64,000 bases of DNA from an uncultured delta proteobacterium (GCA_963785725.1 CAWAWS010000014.1:160001-224000), one strand, 5' to 3'. Shown: positions 1-13,359, numbered from the stretch's first letter. The notes: generated by a model not told the origin, from the letters alone. A program made the numbers and translations.

Positions 1-1926
1 GCAGCGCAAACAGGCGGAGCGCGCGCAGCTCGACGAGCAGCTGCAGGCGGCCCGCGCGGAGTTGCAGCGCATCGAGCAGACGACGCGCGAGCGGTTGGCG
101 ATGGTGCCGACGCCGGCGAAGGTGGCCGCGGCTGCCAAAGTCACGCCGCCGGCGCGCAACATGAAGGACGCGCTGCCCGTCGACAAAGTGGCGGCCAAGG
201 TGCGCGACGTGCGCTTCGCCGACGACGAGAACGCCGAACGCGTGATCTTGGAGCTGCTCGGCAACAGTGACGCGACGGTCGTGCGCGCCGACGACCATGG
301 CGCGGTGTTGAAGATCGCGCGCGCCGATCTGCCGAAGAAGCTGGAGCGGACGCTCGATGCCAGCGCCTTGAAGGGCCCGATTCGCAGCGTGTCGACCTAC
401 GCCGACGCCGATGATCCGGGCGCCGTGCGCGTCGAAGTGGCGCTCGCCGACGGCGGGCCGCACGTGGCGCCGACGCTGGTGCGCGACGGCGGCACGCTGA
501 CCTGGGAATTCCCGCGCGGCACGCGCTCGCTGGCGCCGGCCAAGGTCGCGCCTTACGGCGTCGAGATGCCGCTGCAAGTGGCGACGGTGACGCCGACGCA
601 GCCGCAGCGCAACAGCGGCCGGCAGCGCAAGACGTTCAGCGGCCGGCGCATCGACCTCGACTTCAAGGATGCGGATATCCACAACATCTTGAAGCTGATC
701 GCGGACGTGGCGCAGGTGAACATCGTCGCGGCCGAGGACGTGAAGGGCACGATCACGATCCGCCTGCGCGACGTGCCGTGGGATCAGGCGCTCGACATCA
801 TCCTGCGCGCCAAAGGGCTCGGCATGCAGCGCGAAGGCAACCTCATTCGCGTCGCGCCGCAAGCGGTGCTCGAGAAGGAGATCGAGGCCGAGGTGGCGCG
901 GGCCAAGGCGCGGTCGAGCTCAAGCCGCTCGATACGCGGCTCATCGCGCTCAGCTACGCCGACGGGACGCAGATCTTGCCGCGCATTCAGGAAGTGATGT
1001 CGTCGCGCGGTCACGTGTCGGTCGACGCGCGCACCAATCAGCTCATCGTCACCGACGTGGCGGCGAATATTTCGCTGGCCGAAGACCTGGTGCGCAATCT
1101 CGATACGCAGACGCCGCAGGTGCTCATCGAGGCGCGCATCGTCGAAGCGGACACGACGTTCGAGCGCGACATCGGCATCCAGTGGGGCGGCAACACGATC
1201 AACTCGACGGCGACGGGCAATCCGACCGGTATCGTCTTCCCGTCGACGCTCGGCGTCGGCGGCGGCGCCACCGACACGGCGACGTCGACCGCCGGTCTGC
1301 AAGGCGCGGGCGCGGCGTCGCCGAACTTCGCGGTCAACATGCCGGCCGCCGTCGGCACCGGCTCGGGCGGCGCCCTCGGCCTCACGCTCGGCTCGGTCAA
1401 CGGCAACTACAACATCAACTTGCGCTTGTCGGCGCTCGAGAACACCGGCTGGGTGCGCATCGTGTCGTCGCCCAAGATCATGACGCTCGACAATATCGAG
1501 GCCACGATCGAGCAGGGCACGTCGATCCCGGTCTCGGTCGTCAGCGCCGCCGGTGCCAACACCATGTTCGTCGACGCCAAGCTCAACCTCACGGTCAAGC
1601 CGCACGTCACCAACGAAGGCTCGATCTTGATGACGGTGCTCATCACGCGTAACGAGCCCGACTTCGTCAACACCGCCGCCAACGGCACGCCGACGATCCA
1701 GAAGAAGCAGGCGCACTCGCAGATGCTCGTCCGCGACGGCGACACCGCGGTCATCGGCGGCATCTACACGCGCAACAGCGGCTTGTCGTACACGAAGGTG
1801 CCGTGGTTCGCCGAGATTCCGGTCATCGGCTGGCTCTTCAAGGCGCGCAAAGAGAACGACAACCGCACCGAGCTCCTCATCTTCATCACGCCGCGCATCA
1901 TCAACCGCAGCGTCGTGACGCGCTAA
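1..1926 (+). CDS. pilQ: Type IV pilus secretin PilQ (5'-truncated by window edge; apparent 1-bp deletion near 910)
   Basis: ORF 62..997 has AMIN-like and STN/N0 sequence (RIDLDFKDADIHNILKLIADV...DVPWDQALD). ORF 778..1926 carries the secretin domain (PQVLIEARIVEA, GGIY, KVPWFAEIPVIGWLFK, ELLIFITPRI). The frames join near GCCAAGGCGCGGTCGAGCTCAAG. Confidence 0.93.
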
Positions 1927-1935
1927 GCCGGCCGC

Positions 1936-3114
1936 ATGTCGCGTCTGCGTCTCATGACCGCCGGCGAGTCGCACGGCCCGTCGCTGGTGGCGATCTTGGA
2001 GGGGCTGCCGCACGGCTTGCACGTGCCGCGCGCCGCCATCGACGAGGATCTGCGCCGTCGCCAACAGGGTTATGGCCGCGGCGGGCGAATGAAGATCGAG
2101 ACCGACAAGGTCGACGTCTTGGCCGGCCTGCGCGGCGGCGTGACGTTGGGCGCGCCCTTGGCCATGGCCGTCCGCAACGCCGATCACGCCAACTGGCTCG
2201 ACGTGATGGATCCGTTTACGCCGCCGTCGGGCGAGCGTTCGAAGGCGCTGACGCGGCCGCGGCCGGGCCACGCCGACTTGGCGGGCTCGTTGAAGCTCGG
2301 GCTGCACGACGCGCGCGACGTGCTCGAGCGTTCGTCGGCGCGGTCGACGGCGGCGCGCGTCGCCGCCGGCGCCGTGTGCAAGCAGCTGTTGCGCGCCTGC
2401 GGCATCGAGACGTTGTGTCACGTCGTGCGCATCGCGGCGGCGACGGCGCCGATGTTGACGACGCGCGACGACGGCGAATTGCGCGCCGCGCGTGACCAGG
2501 CCGAGGCCTCGCCGGTGCGTGCCGTCGACGAGGCGGCCGGTCAAGCGATGGTGGCGCAGATTCAGGCGGCGCAAAAGGACGGCGACTCGGTCGGCGGCGT
2601 CGTCGAGGTCGTCGCGTGGGGCGTGCCGCCCGGCTTGGGCTCGCACGCCGAGTGGGATCAGCGCCTCGACGGTCGCATCGCCATGGCGCTCATGTCGATC
2701 CAGGCGATGAAGGGCGTCGAAGTCGGCATCGGCTTCGACGCGGCCGAGGCGCGCGGCTCGGCGGTGTTCGACCCGATCTTCCACGACGGCAAGCGCTTTA
2801 CGCGGCCGTCCAACCGCATGGGCGGGCTCGAAGGCGGCATCACCAATGGCGAGCCCCTCGTCGTGCGCGCGGCGATGAAGCCGATCCCGACGCTGGCGCG
2901 GCCGCTGCCGTCGGTCGATCTGGCGACGAAGGTGGCGTTCGACGCACAGAAAGAGCGCACCGATTCCTGCGCCGTGCCGGCGGCGGCGGTGGTGGCCGAA
3001 GCGGCGCTGGCGTTCGTCCTCGCCGACGCGCTGCTCGACAAGCTCGGCGGCGACACGATGACCGAGGTCCTGCGTAGCTTGAAGGAGTACCGTGCCGACC
3101 TCGACCACTACTAA
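1936..3114 (+). CDS. aroC: Chorismate synthase
   Basis: TAGESHG, RPRPGHAD, ERSSAR, GGLEGGITNG, MKPIPTL motifs. Confidence 0.97.
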   Translation: MSRLRLMTAGESHGPSLVAILEGLPHGLHVPRAAIDEDLRRRQQGYGRGGRMKIETDKVDVLAGLRGGVTLGAPLAMAVRNADHANWLDVMDPFTPPSGERSKALTRPRPGHADLAGSLKLGLHDARDVLERSSARSTAARVAAGAVCKQLLRACGIETLCHVVRIAAATAPMLTTRDDGELRAARDQAEASPVRAVDEAAGQAMVAQIQAAQKDGDSVGGVVEVVAWGVPPGLGSHAEWDQRLDGRIAMALMSIQAMKGVEVGIGFDAAEARGSAVFDPIFHDGKRFTRPSNRMGGLEGGITNGEPLVVRAAMKPIPTLARPLPSVDLATKVAFDAQKERTDSCAVPAAAVVAEAALAFVLADALLDKLGGDTMTEVLRSLKEYRADLDHY

Positions 3115-3115
3115 G

Positions 3116-3631
3116 GTGTTGCGACCGATCTTCTTGATCGGCTTCATGGCGACGGGAAAGTCGACAGTGGGCCTCTTGCTCGCGGCCAAGCTGGAGCGCC
3201 GCTTCGTCGACTTGGACGCGGTGATCGAGGAGGAGGCGCACATGACCATCCCCGAGATCTTCTTCAACGAGCGCGAGGCGGGTTTTCGCGCGCGGGAGGC
3301 GGCGGCGCTGCGTCGCGTGGCCGCGCAAGGTCCGCAGGTCATCGCGGTCGGTGGCGGCGCGCCGGCGCACGGCGACAACATCGACTTCATGCTGCACGCC
3401 GGTCGGGTGGTGCGCCTCGATGCGTCCGTCGACGAGCTGGTGCGCCGGCTCGACGACGTGAACGCGACGGCGCGGCCGATGCTCGCCGGCAAAGACACGC
3501 GCACCGAAGTCGAGCGCCTGCTGGCCGAGCGCGAGCGGCATTACGCGCGCGCACATTTCACGATCGACACCGCCGGCGTCGTGCCGTCGCAGGTGGCGCG
3601 GCGCATCGCCGAGGAGCTCGAGCGGCTGTGA
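3116..3631 (+). CDS. aroK: Shikimate kinase
   Basis: IFLIGFMATGKSTVG P-loop, DLD, FRARE, GGG; GTG start chosen just after the aroC stop. Confidence 0.95.
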   Translation: MLRPIFLIGFMATGKSTVGLLLAAKLERRFVDLDAVIEEEAHMTIPEIFFNEREAGFRAREAAALRRVAAQGPQVIAVGGGAPAHGDNIDFMLHAGRVVRLDASVDELVRRLDDVNATARPMLAGKDTRTEVERLLAERERHYARAHFTIDTAGVVPSQVARRIAEELERL

Positions 3632-4737
3632 TCACGCGCGTCGACGTGGCGCTGCCGGCACGCGCCGCAGATCGATCGTATGCGATCGTCGTCGATCCCG
3701 ACGCCGGCGCCGCCGAGCGCTGCGCCGAGGCCGTGTGCGCGCTCTTTCCCAGCGGCCGCTTCGGCATCGTCAGCGACGACACCGTCGCGAGGCTGTATCT
3801 GCCGCGCTGTGCCGACGCCTTGCGCGCGCGTGGCCGGCGCGTCGCCGCGGCGGTCGTGCCCGACGGCGAAGGCTCGAAGTCGTTCGCCACCGCCGAGGAA
3901 GTGTGCGAGTCGTTCGCGCGCGAAGGCCTCGACCGCGGCGCCGTCATCCTCGCGCTCGGCGGCGGCGTCGTCGGCGACTTGGGCGGCTTCGTGGCCTCGA
4001 TCTTCATGCGCGGTATCCCGTACGTGCAGCTGCCGACGACGCTCTTGGCGCAAGTCGACTCCTCGGTCGGCGGCAAAACGGGCGTGAACCTGGCGTCGGG
4101 TAAGAATTTGGCCGGCAGCTTCTGGCAGCCGCGGCTGGTCTACGCCGACGTGACGACGCTGGCGACGCTGTCGGAGCGCGATCGTGTGGCCGGGCTGGCC
4201 GAGGTCGCCAAGCACGCGCTCATCGCCGACGTCGAGCTGCTGACGCTGCTCGAGACGCGCGCCGGCGACGCCCGCGCCGGCGAGCCGACGCTGACGGCGG
4301 AGCTGGTGGCGCGCTCGTGCCGTATCAAAGCGGCTGTCGTCGGCGACGACGAATTCGAGACCACCGGCGCGCGCGCCCTCTTGAACTTCGGCCACACCGT
4401 CGGCCACGCGCTCGAGTCCGACTCGCACAAGGAGCACGAGCCGCTCCGTCACGGCGAGGCGGTGGCGCTCGGCATGATCGCGGCCGCGCGCATCGGCCAC
4501 GCGCTCGGCGGCGCCGATCTCGAGCCGCGCGTGACGGCGCTGTTGTCGGCGCTGGGGCTGCCGGTCGATCTCGATCGTCGCCTGTCGCCGGGCGCGCTGG
4601 CGCGTGTTGCCGTCGACAAGAAGCGCGGCGGCGAGCACATCGGCTTCATCGTCGTCGACAGGCCGGGCACGGCGCGCGTCACGCCGATCGCGCCGAGCCG
4701 CATCCACGAAATTTTGCTTGGACGAAAAACGCGATGA
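3628..4737 (+). CDS. aroB: 3-dehydroquinate synthase
   Basis: LGGGVVGDLGGF, PTTLLAQVDSSVGGKTGVN, LNFGHTVGHALE, HGEAV. Confidence 0.97.
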   Translation: MITRVDVALPARAADRSYAIVVDPDAGAAERCAEAVCALFPSGRFGIVSDDTVARLYLPRCADALRARGRRVAAAVVPDGEGSKSFATAEEVCESFAREGLDRGAVILALGGGVVGDLGGFVASIFMRGIPYVQLPTTLLAQVDSSVGGKTGVNLASGKNLAGSFWQPRLVYADVTTLATLSERDRVAGLAEVAKHALIADVELLTLLETRAGDARAGEPTLTAELVARSCRIKAAVVGDDEFETTGARALLNFGHTVGHALESDSHKEHEPLRHGEAVALGMIAAARIGHALGGADLEPRVTALLSALGLPVDLDRRLSPGALARVAVDKKRGGEHIGFIVVDRPGTARVTPIAPSRIHEILLGRKTR

Positions 4738-4762
4738 TACGATCGAATATGGAGGTAGGTGC

Positions 4763-5530
4763 ATGAGGTCAGCACTGCTCCTGTTGGCGCTCCTCGCCAG
4801 CGGCAGCGTCGTCGTCGGATGCGTGAACAACGATGCTTCGCTCTCGATCGAGCAGATGGAGGCGGTCACCGAGGCGACGGCTTGCGTGGCCACGGCGACC
4901 GTCGGTGTCGAGATCGCGCGCGGGCTCTTCGACGTCGCCGCCAGCAACCACATCCAGGGCTACATCGGCTTCCCGCTCGTGCGTAACAACGAGGTCTCAC
5001 GCATGTTGAGCAGCGGCGATCCCGAGCTCGACTCGATCCAGCTGCTCGGCGCCAACGTCTCGCTCACGTTCGCCAGCGCGACGGACGAGGCCAAAGTCCC
5101 GGTCGCCGATCGCAAGTTCTTCTGGGCTTCGGCGGGCGGTCGGCTCGATCCGGCGGCGCTGGCGCCGATGCCGATCGAAGTCGTGCCCAACAACATCGTC
5201 ACCGAGCTCGCCGTGGCGCCCGGCGCCTTCGTGTCGCTCACCGCCAAGATCCAGCCGGTCGGCATGCAGACGAGCGATCGCATCGTCGGCGGTCCCATCT
5301 ATTTTCCGGTCGATCTCTGCAACGGCTGCCTGACGAACGTCATCAGCGCCTGTCCGCTGCCGGCCGGCACCGTCGTCGTCGACACCTGCTACCCGGGCCA
5401 AGACGTGCTGGCGACGTGCTGCCAAGCCTCGGCCTCGCAGCTCTTGTGCGGCTCCTTGGCTCCGATCCAAACGGCGACGATGTCGACGCTGCCGCCGGGC
5501 GCGCACGAAGAAGAAGTCAGCCAGCCGTAG
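4763..5530 (+). CDS. Cys-rich lipoprotein of the pil locus
   Basis: GGAGGT RBS; signal peptide ending VVGC; C-terminal CxxC and CYPGQD..CC Cys cluster; lies between pilQ and mglC, like the lipoprotein gene at this position in myxobacteria. Confidence 0.7.
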   Translation: MRSALLLLALLASGSVVVGCVNNDASLSIEQMEAVTEATACVATATVGVEIARGLFDVAASNHIQGYIGFPLVRNNEVSRMLSSGDPELDSIQLLGANVSLTFASATDEAKVPVADRKFFWASAGGRLDPAALAPMPIEVVPNNIVTELAVAPGAFVSLTAKIQPVGMQTSDRIVGGPIYFPVDLCNGCLTNVISACPLPAGTVVVDTCYPGQDVLATCCQASASQLLCGSLAPIQTATMSTLPPGAHEEEVSQP

Positions 5531-5596
5531 CCGTTTCTGACGCGCTGCGCGCCCAGTCATTTGTAAGACCCGTCGACAAACTCCGAGCGGCAACGT

Positions 5597-5625
5597 TTGA
5601 CTCCCGCTGCTCGACTCGATACAAC
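5597..5625 (+). promoter_or_regulatory. Sigma70-type promoter of mglC-aroQ-accBC
   Basis: TTGACT-17 nt-TACAAC, ending 10 nt before ATG 5636. Confidence 0.5.
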
Positions 5626-5635
5626 CGGGGGACCG

Positions 5636-5995
5636 ATGTTCCAGGAGAACCTCAAGCGGCTGGTTGCGGAGACCGAAGGCGGCGTGGCCGGCCTGCTCAT
5701 GGGCTTCGACGGCATCGCGGTCGACAGCTACTCGGCGCCCAACGGCGGCATCGACATCCAGACCGTCGGCATGGAGTTCAGCTTCATCTGCGGCCAGGTG
5801 CGCAAAGCAGCCGAGATCCTCGAAGTGGGCGGCGTGCAGGAGATCGCCATCCGCTGCGCGCAGCTGACGATCCTCATCCGCGTGATCAGCGTCGAGTATT
5901 TCGTGGCGCTCGCGCTTCGCCCCGACGGTAACTTCGGCAAAGGGCGCTACCTGCTGCGGGTCGTCGCGCCCAAGCTGCAGGCGGAAATCGCCTAA
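5636..5995 (+). CDS. mglC: Roadblock/LC7 protein, MglC-like polarity factor
   Basis: 119 aa roadblock pattern ([12 protein letters not shown]...[11 protein letters not shown]); position between pilQ and accB/accC/TPR gene matches recalled M. xanthus mglC synteny. Confidence 0.7.
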   Translation: MFQENLKRLVAETEGGVAGLLMGFDGIAVDSYSAPNGGIDIQTVGMEFSFICGQVRKAAEILEVGGVQEIAIRCAQLTILIRVISVEYFVALALRPDGNFGKGRYLLRVVAPKLQAEIA

Positions 5996-6004
5996 GCAGC
6001 GGAT

Positions 6005-6468
6005 ATGGACTCGGCCCCGCACGTCATGGTGCTGCACGGGCCCAACCTGAATTTGCTGGGCGCGCGCGAGCCGCGAATTTACGGCGCGACCACGTTGCCC
6101 GAGATCGATCGGCTGCTGGCGGAAGCGGCGCAGGCGCGCGGCGCGACCGTCGAGTGTCACCAGTCGAACATCGAAGGCGTGCTCATCGATTACATCCAAG
6201 CGGCGGGCAAGACAGCGCACGCCATCGTCATCAACCCGGCGGCGTATACGCATACGTCGGTGGCGATCGCCGACGCGTTGCGCGCGGTGAAGCTGCCGGC
6301 CGTCGAGGTTCACCTGTCGAACGTGCACGCGCGCGAGGACTATCGGCGACAATCGTTCGTCGCCGCCGCCTGCGTCGGCACCATCGGCGGCTTCGGCGCG
6401 CGCAGCTACACGCTCGCGCTCGAGGCCGTGCTCGACCTCCTCCAGGCAAACACGGTAAAGAGAAACCC

Positions 6469-6472
<4 letters not shown>
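6005..6472 (+). CDS. aroQ: Type II 3-dehydroquinate dehydratase
   Basis: [50 protein letters not shown]. Confidence 0.97.
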
Positions 6473-7032
<560 letters not shown>

Positions 7033-7039
7033 TCGGCCC

Positions 7040-8391
<1,352 letters not shown>

Positions 8392-8395
<4 letters not shown>

Positions 8396-8420
8396 CCGGT
8401 TTGATTGCGCCTCGTAAAAT
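8392..8420 (+). promoter_or_regulatory. Near-consensus sigma70 promoter of sgmX
   Basis: TTGACC-17 nt-TAAAAT overlapping the accC stop codon. Confidence 0.65.
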
Positions 8421-8462
8421 TTGAGTGTCCGTCTTCAGTTAAAGGAGTCGGCGCGGAGCCAG

Positions 8463-11400
8463 GTGGCGACGAATAAAGACAAGCTGATTGCTGGAGCTCA
8501 GAAGCTGGTTGAAAAGAACCAGTTCGAGAAGGCGATCAAAGAATATTTAAAGGTCGTCGCCGAGGACGACAAAGACGTTCCGGATCTGGCTCAAGATCGG
8601 CGATCTCTACGCCAAGCTCGGCAAAAAGAGCGAGGCGGCGGAGACCTATTCCAAAGTCGCGCAGTTCTATAGCGACCAAGGCTTTTACCTAAAAGCCGTC
8701 GCTGTTTATAAGCAGATCCTCAAGATCGAGCCGCGGCTCGTCGACGTGAACCAGAAGCTGGCCGAGCTGTACAAGCAGCTCGGTCTCTTGTCGGACGCGA
8801 TGCAGCAGTACGAAGCCGTGGCGGCGTTTTATCATCGCGAAGGCAAGACGCGCGAAGCGCTGGCCGCGCTCAAGCAGATCGTCGAGCTCGATCCGGAGAC
8901 GGTCGCCAATCGCATCAAATTGGCGGAGCTGTACTCGAAAGAGCAGATGGCGCGTGAGGCCATCGACGAATTCTCGAAGGCCGCCGAGCAGCTGCGGCAG
9001 GCGGGGCGCGTCGACGATTTCATGAAGGTCGCCGAGCGTCTGCTGTTCCATTCGCCGGACAATCGGCCGGTCACCAAGGAGCTGGCCGGGCTGTACATCG
9101 AGAAGGGCGATCCGCGGCGCGCGCTGCCGAAGCTGCAGATCTGCTTCAAGGCCGATCCGCGCGATACCGAAGTGTTGTCGCTGCTGGCGCGCGCGTTCGA
9201 GGCGCTCGATCAGCGGCAAAAGTCGGTCAGCGTGCTGAAAGAGCTGGCGCGCATTTTGGGCGAGAACGGCGACAATCGCGCGCGCGACGCCACGTGGCGC
9301 AAGATCATGCAGCTGGCGCCGGGCGATCCCGACGCCGAGGCGGCGTTGTCGAGCGCCGGTCGGGCGCGCTCGCAGCCGGCGATCGAGACGGCCGCGCCCG
9401 CGCCGCCGCCACCGGCGCGCAATGCGACGGGCAGCGCCGTCGCCATCGGGCGCATCGCGCCAACGAACGCGACGGGCGGACGGCCGGTGCAGATGAGCGC
9501 GTCGGGCCGCGTGCAAGCCTTGCGCGACGAGCCGCCGGCGCCCGAGCCGAACGCGCCCAAAGCGCGCACGTGGGACGGGCCGACCGTCGGCCGCGGTGAG
9601 CGCGAGCGCGATCGCGGCGACAACAGCAAAGGCTTCGAAGTCCCCGACGACTCGATGCGCAATGCCGCCGGCGCCGAAGAGGAGATCGCGCGCATCCTCA
9701 ACGAGACCGACGTCTACATCAAATACAACCTGCACGCCAAAGCCATCGAGCATTTGCAGCGCGCGTTCGAGCGTAATCCGCGGCATATCGGCGCGCGCGA
9801 GAAGCTGAAGGCGCTCTTCCTCATCCTCGGCAAGAAGGACGAGGCGGTGCTGGAGCTGTGGTCGCTCGTCGAGAGCGCCGAGCCCGGCCGCAAGCGGCGT
9901 TATCTGCGCGAAATTCTCGAGATCGATCCCGGCAACGCGCGCGCGTCCGGCGAGCTCGGCGAGAAGGTGCAGCCGTCGGTGGGCGCGCTCACGTCGAGCC
10001 TCGACGATCGCGACTACTCGGCGCCGGTGCAGCGCGATCCCGAAGGCACGGGCTCGGAGATGCTCGACGTCGACGATCTGGAGGAGCTGGACGACGACGA
10101 TTCGGCTTCGCCGCCCGATTCGTCGCCGAGCCTGTTCGCCGACGCCTTCGCCGCGGACGAGGCCGAGCGGCGCGGGCATGGCCAAGCGGCCGATCGCCGT
10201 CGCGGCGCGCCCATCGAGATCGAAGACAGCGAAGACGACGAGCTGATTCCCGTCGTCGTCGAGCAGGAGCGCGAGCCGGAAGAGGCGAGCGGCGACGAGG
10301 TCGAAGATCGCTTCGGCTTCGATCATGACGAGGAGCCGGTCGAAGACCGCTTCGGCTTCGACGACAAAGCTGACGAGTCGACGCTGCCGCCGAGCTTTGC
10401 CGAGACGGCGCTGACCGAGGAAGAAGACACCGATACCGCCGCGGGCGAGCCGGAGCGACAGCCGGAACCGGTGCCGCCGTCGCCGCCGCAGCGCGCCCGC
10501 CGCGATTCGTCGGTCGGCCGCGAGCCGGCGCCGCCGCAGCGCGCGCGTCGCGACTCGTCGGTCGGCCGCGAGCCGGCGCACGCCGCGGCGCGACCGCCGG
10601 CGCGCGAGCCGTCGCAGCCGGCCGCGCGACCGCCGTCGAAGAAGCGCAACGCCGCCGAGGAAGAGCTCGACGCCGACGTGCACACGCGCTTCGACGATCA
10701 GCCGCTGAAGTTCGATCACGCGGCGCTGTTCGGCAATCACAGCCACAGCGACGAGGTCGACGAAGCCGATCTGCCGCCGATGTCGTCGATCCCGGGCGGC
10801 ACGCGCACGCAGCAGGCGCCGAAGCTGGACGAGTTCGAGGACGACGATCTGGCGTCGCCGAACAATCGACCGATCACGCGCACGCAGCAGACGCCGGCCG
10901 GCCTGCTCGACGGCGGCGAATCCGGTCCTGTCGGCACGACGCTCGAGGACGAGCTCGACGAAGCCGACTTCTTCGTGCAGCAGAACCTGTTCGACGAGGC
11001 GCGCGTCATCCTCGAGAACCTGCTCAGCAAGCATCCCGGCCATCCGCTGGTGACGGCGAAGCTGCGCGACTTGGAGGCGATGGAGCGCGCGGCGGCGTCG
11101 GCGGCGCACGATCCGTCCGAGGCGCACGAGACGCGGCCGGGCATGTCGGCCGAGATGGACGCCGATTTACCCGACGATCTGCCGGGCGACGTCAACGCGA
11201 CGGCCACGGTCGGCGATCCCGCGGCCGCCTTCGAGATGACGCGCAAAGGCGTCATCGAAAAGGGAGTAACCGCAGAAGACTTCGAAACCCATTATGATTT
11301 GGGTATCGCGTACAAAGAAATGGGTTTGTTGGACGACGCGGTAAACGAGTTTCGCATCGTCATGAAAGACCCGGCGCGCGAGGTGCAATGCCACCTCATG

Positions 11401-11721
11401 ATCGGCCTCTGCTACCTCGAAAAGGGGCTGCAGACCGACGCCATCGGGCAGTTCAAGAAGGGGCTGTACGTCGAGGGCATCACCGAGCGCGAGGCGCTGT
11501 CGATGTACTTCGAGCTCGGGCAGGCGTACGAGCGGCTGACCGATCCGCGCGAGGCGCTCTACTATTACGAGAAGGTCATCAAGCGCGATCCGAACTTCCG
11601 CGACGTCGAGAAGCGCGTGGAAGCGCTGCGCGGCGGCGCGGCGGTCACGCCGTCCTTGCCGCAGGGCAACAGCGACGACGTCGACGCCGCGTTCGATACG
11701 CTGCTCGGCAAAGATCTGTAG
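8463..11721 (+). CDS. sgmX: Large TPR protein, SgmX-like type IV pilus activator (frameshift near 8580)
   Basis: GTG start (MATNKDKL...) joins ORF 8746..11721 across an indel. N-terminal TPR array, long acidic/Pro linker, C-terminal TPRs (ETHYDLGIAYKEMGL). Lies directly after accC, as recalled for M. xanthus sgmX. Confidence 0.7.
10483..10578 (+). repeat. 48-bp in-frame tandem duplication (PPQRARRDSSVGREPA x2) in the SgmX linker
   Basis: Two adjacent copies, 10483-10530 and 10531-10578, differing only at synonymous positions. Confidence 0.9.
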
Positions 11722-11848
11722 CGCCGTAGACCGTAGCTGTAGCCGGTAGATCGACCCGTAACGGCCCGATTTGCGTCATCGTTCGCCCCGTCGCGGCGAC
11801 GATCGCCACAGGTTGACTTCGCTCGTCGCGGCTTAAGTCATTCCTACG

Positions 11849-12322
11849 ATGAAGAGACGTAGCGGTTGGATGGCGCTGGTCGGTTTTGCCGGCGCAGTAG
11901 CGGCCACAGCCCTCATCGGCGCGCGGGTCAATCGGCGCAACAAGCGCTGGTATCGGCGCCTGCAGAAGCCGAGCTTCAGCCCGCCCGAGTGGCTGTTCGC
12001 GCCCGTGTGGACGGCGTTGTATGCGCTCATGGTGGCGTCGGCCTATCGCGTGTGGCAGCAGCCGGAGTCGCCGGCGCGCACGCGGGCTTTGGCGCTGTGG
12101 GGTGGTCAGCTGGCGGCGAACGCCGCGTGGACGCCGCTGTTCTTCGAGGCGCGCCGGCCGGACGCGGCACTCGTCGACGTCGGGCTGCTCGTGGCCGGCC
12201 TCGGCGCCTACGTCAACGAGGCGCGCAAGATCGATCCGCAAGCGGCGTGGCTGATGGCGCCTTATGCCGCGTGGTCGCTCTTTGCCACCGCGCTCAACGA
12301 AGAGATCGTGCGCCGTAATTAG
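11849..12322 (+). CDS. tspO: TspO/MBR tryptophan-rich sensory protein
   Basis: WYRRLQKPSFSPPEWLFAPVWTALY, NAAWTPLFF, PYAAWSLFATALN. Confidence 0.93.
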   Translation: MKRRSGWMALVGFAGAVAATALIGARVNRRNKRWYRRLQKPSFSPPEWLFAPVWTALYALMVASAYRVWQQPESPARTRALALWGGQLAANAAWTPLFFEARRPDAALVDVGLLVAGLGAYVNEARKIDPQAAWLMAPYAAWSLFATALNEEIVRRN

Positions 12323-12470
12323 CCGTTTCCGGTCGGTAATCGACGGCGGGCTCGGCGCTGAGCGTGTGTGCTTTGGCCGCTCGCTCGATGTCGCGCAGGG
12401 TCATCGCCATCACGCGGTCGCGCCACGGCAGATACGGCAGCACGCGAAGGTTCACGTTGCGGAACCAGGT
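12323..12470 (-). pseudogene. Possible C-terminal remnant of an FAD-dependent monooxygenase
   Basis: Minus frame reads WFRNVNLRVLPYLPWRDRVMAMTLRDIERAAKAHTL...DY, resembling the tails of flavin monooxygenases; no start or FAD motif present. Confidence 0.35.
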
Positions 12471-12588
12471 AGCGCACGCGCTCGACGAGGATTCGATGTT
12501 CGAGTTCGGCTTGGCGCGGCTGCTCGACGGGATCGCCGCGCTGATCGGGCCCACGAAGCGGCGCGGCAAGCGGCGCCAGCGATCGTGA
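12471..12588 (+). pseudogene. C-terminal remnant of a TetR-family (TetR_C) regulator
   Basis: DEDSMFEFGLARLLDGIAALI matches the last helix of TetR_C proteins; no HTH upstream. Confidence 0.5.
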
Positions 12589-12601
12589 GGCGCCGGTCGT
12601 T

Positions 12602-12637
12602 CCACGGCCACGGCCACGGCCACGGCCACGGCCACGG
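12602..12637. repeat. (CCACGG)6 simple repeat
   Basis: Six perfect hexamers in intergenic DNA. Confidence 0.9.
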
Positions 12638-12657
12638 CGCGCGAACGCTCACGGCGA

Positions 12658-13257
12658 CTATGGATTGAGCAGGCGCACCGTCCAGCTGCCGTCGTCGTTG
12701 CGCGAGAAGAGCTCGCGTTCGTGCAGGCGATCTTCGCGATTGCGCCACAGCTCGACGGCGATCGGCGTCAAACGATAGCCGGACCAATGCGGCGGACGCG
12801 GCACCGGCCGACCCTCGTAGCGGCGCGTGACTTCGGCCAGGCGCGCTTCCAGCTCGGCGCGCGAATTCAACGTCGCGCTCTGGTCCGACGCCCACGCGCC
12901 CAGCTGCGAACCGCGCGCGCGCGACGCGAAGTAGGCGTCGGCTTCGGCATCGGTGACGGGCGCGACGTCGCCTTCGAAGCGCACCTGCCAGCCGATGTGC
13001 GGCCACCAGAAGTCGAGCGCGGCGTGCCGGTTGGCGGCGAGCTCCCGGCCCTTACGCGAGCGCGTGTTGGTGTAAAAGACGAGGCCGCCGCCGTCGACGC
13101 CCTTCAAGAGCACGATGCGCGCCGATGGGCGGCCGTCGGCGCCGACGGTGGCCAGCGTCATGGCGGTGACGTCGGGGTGGCCGGGCGTCGCTTTGGCCGT
13201 ATCGAAGAGCGCGACGAAGCGCGCCAGCGGATCGGGTGCGGCGGAGTCTGCGGACAT
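12658..13257 (-). CDS. pdxH: Pyridoxamine 5'-phosphate oxidase
   Basis: PSARIVLLKG, FYTNTRSRKG, SQLGAWASDQS, RPPHWSGY, RLHER. Confidence 0.96.
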   Translation of the reverse strand: MSADSAAPDPLARFVALFDTAKATPGHPDVTAMTLATVGADGRPSARIVLLKGVDGGGLVFYTNTRSRKGRELAANRHAALDFWWPHIGWQVRFEGDVAPVTDAEADAYFASRARGSQLGAWASDQSATLNSRAELEARLAEVTRRYEGRPVPRPPHWSGYRLTPIAVELWRNREDRLHERELFSRNDDGSWTVRLLNP

Positions 13258-13359
13258 GACCGCGAGTGTAACGCCTGCCGACGCCGGCGCTACCGACGTC
13301 GCGCGCGGACGATGCGGCCGACGATCGCGCGCGGCGCGAGGAACGGTTTGGCGCTGGCG

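Noticed and set aside
8421..8462. TTG start at 8421 for sgmX
   Set aside because: It abuts the -10 hexamer (8415-8420); GTG at 8463 follows a GGAG and is more plausible
12602..12637. (CCACGG)6 as a His-Gly or Trp-Pro peptide or a phase-variation tract
   Set aside because: Intergenic between convergent 3' ends, with no supported ORF or promoter through it
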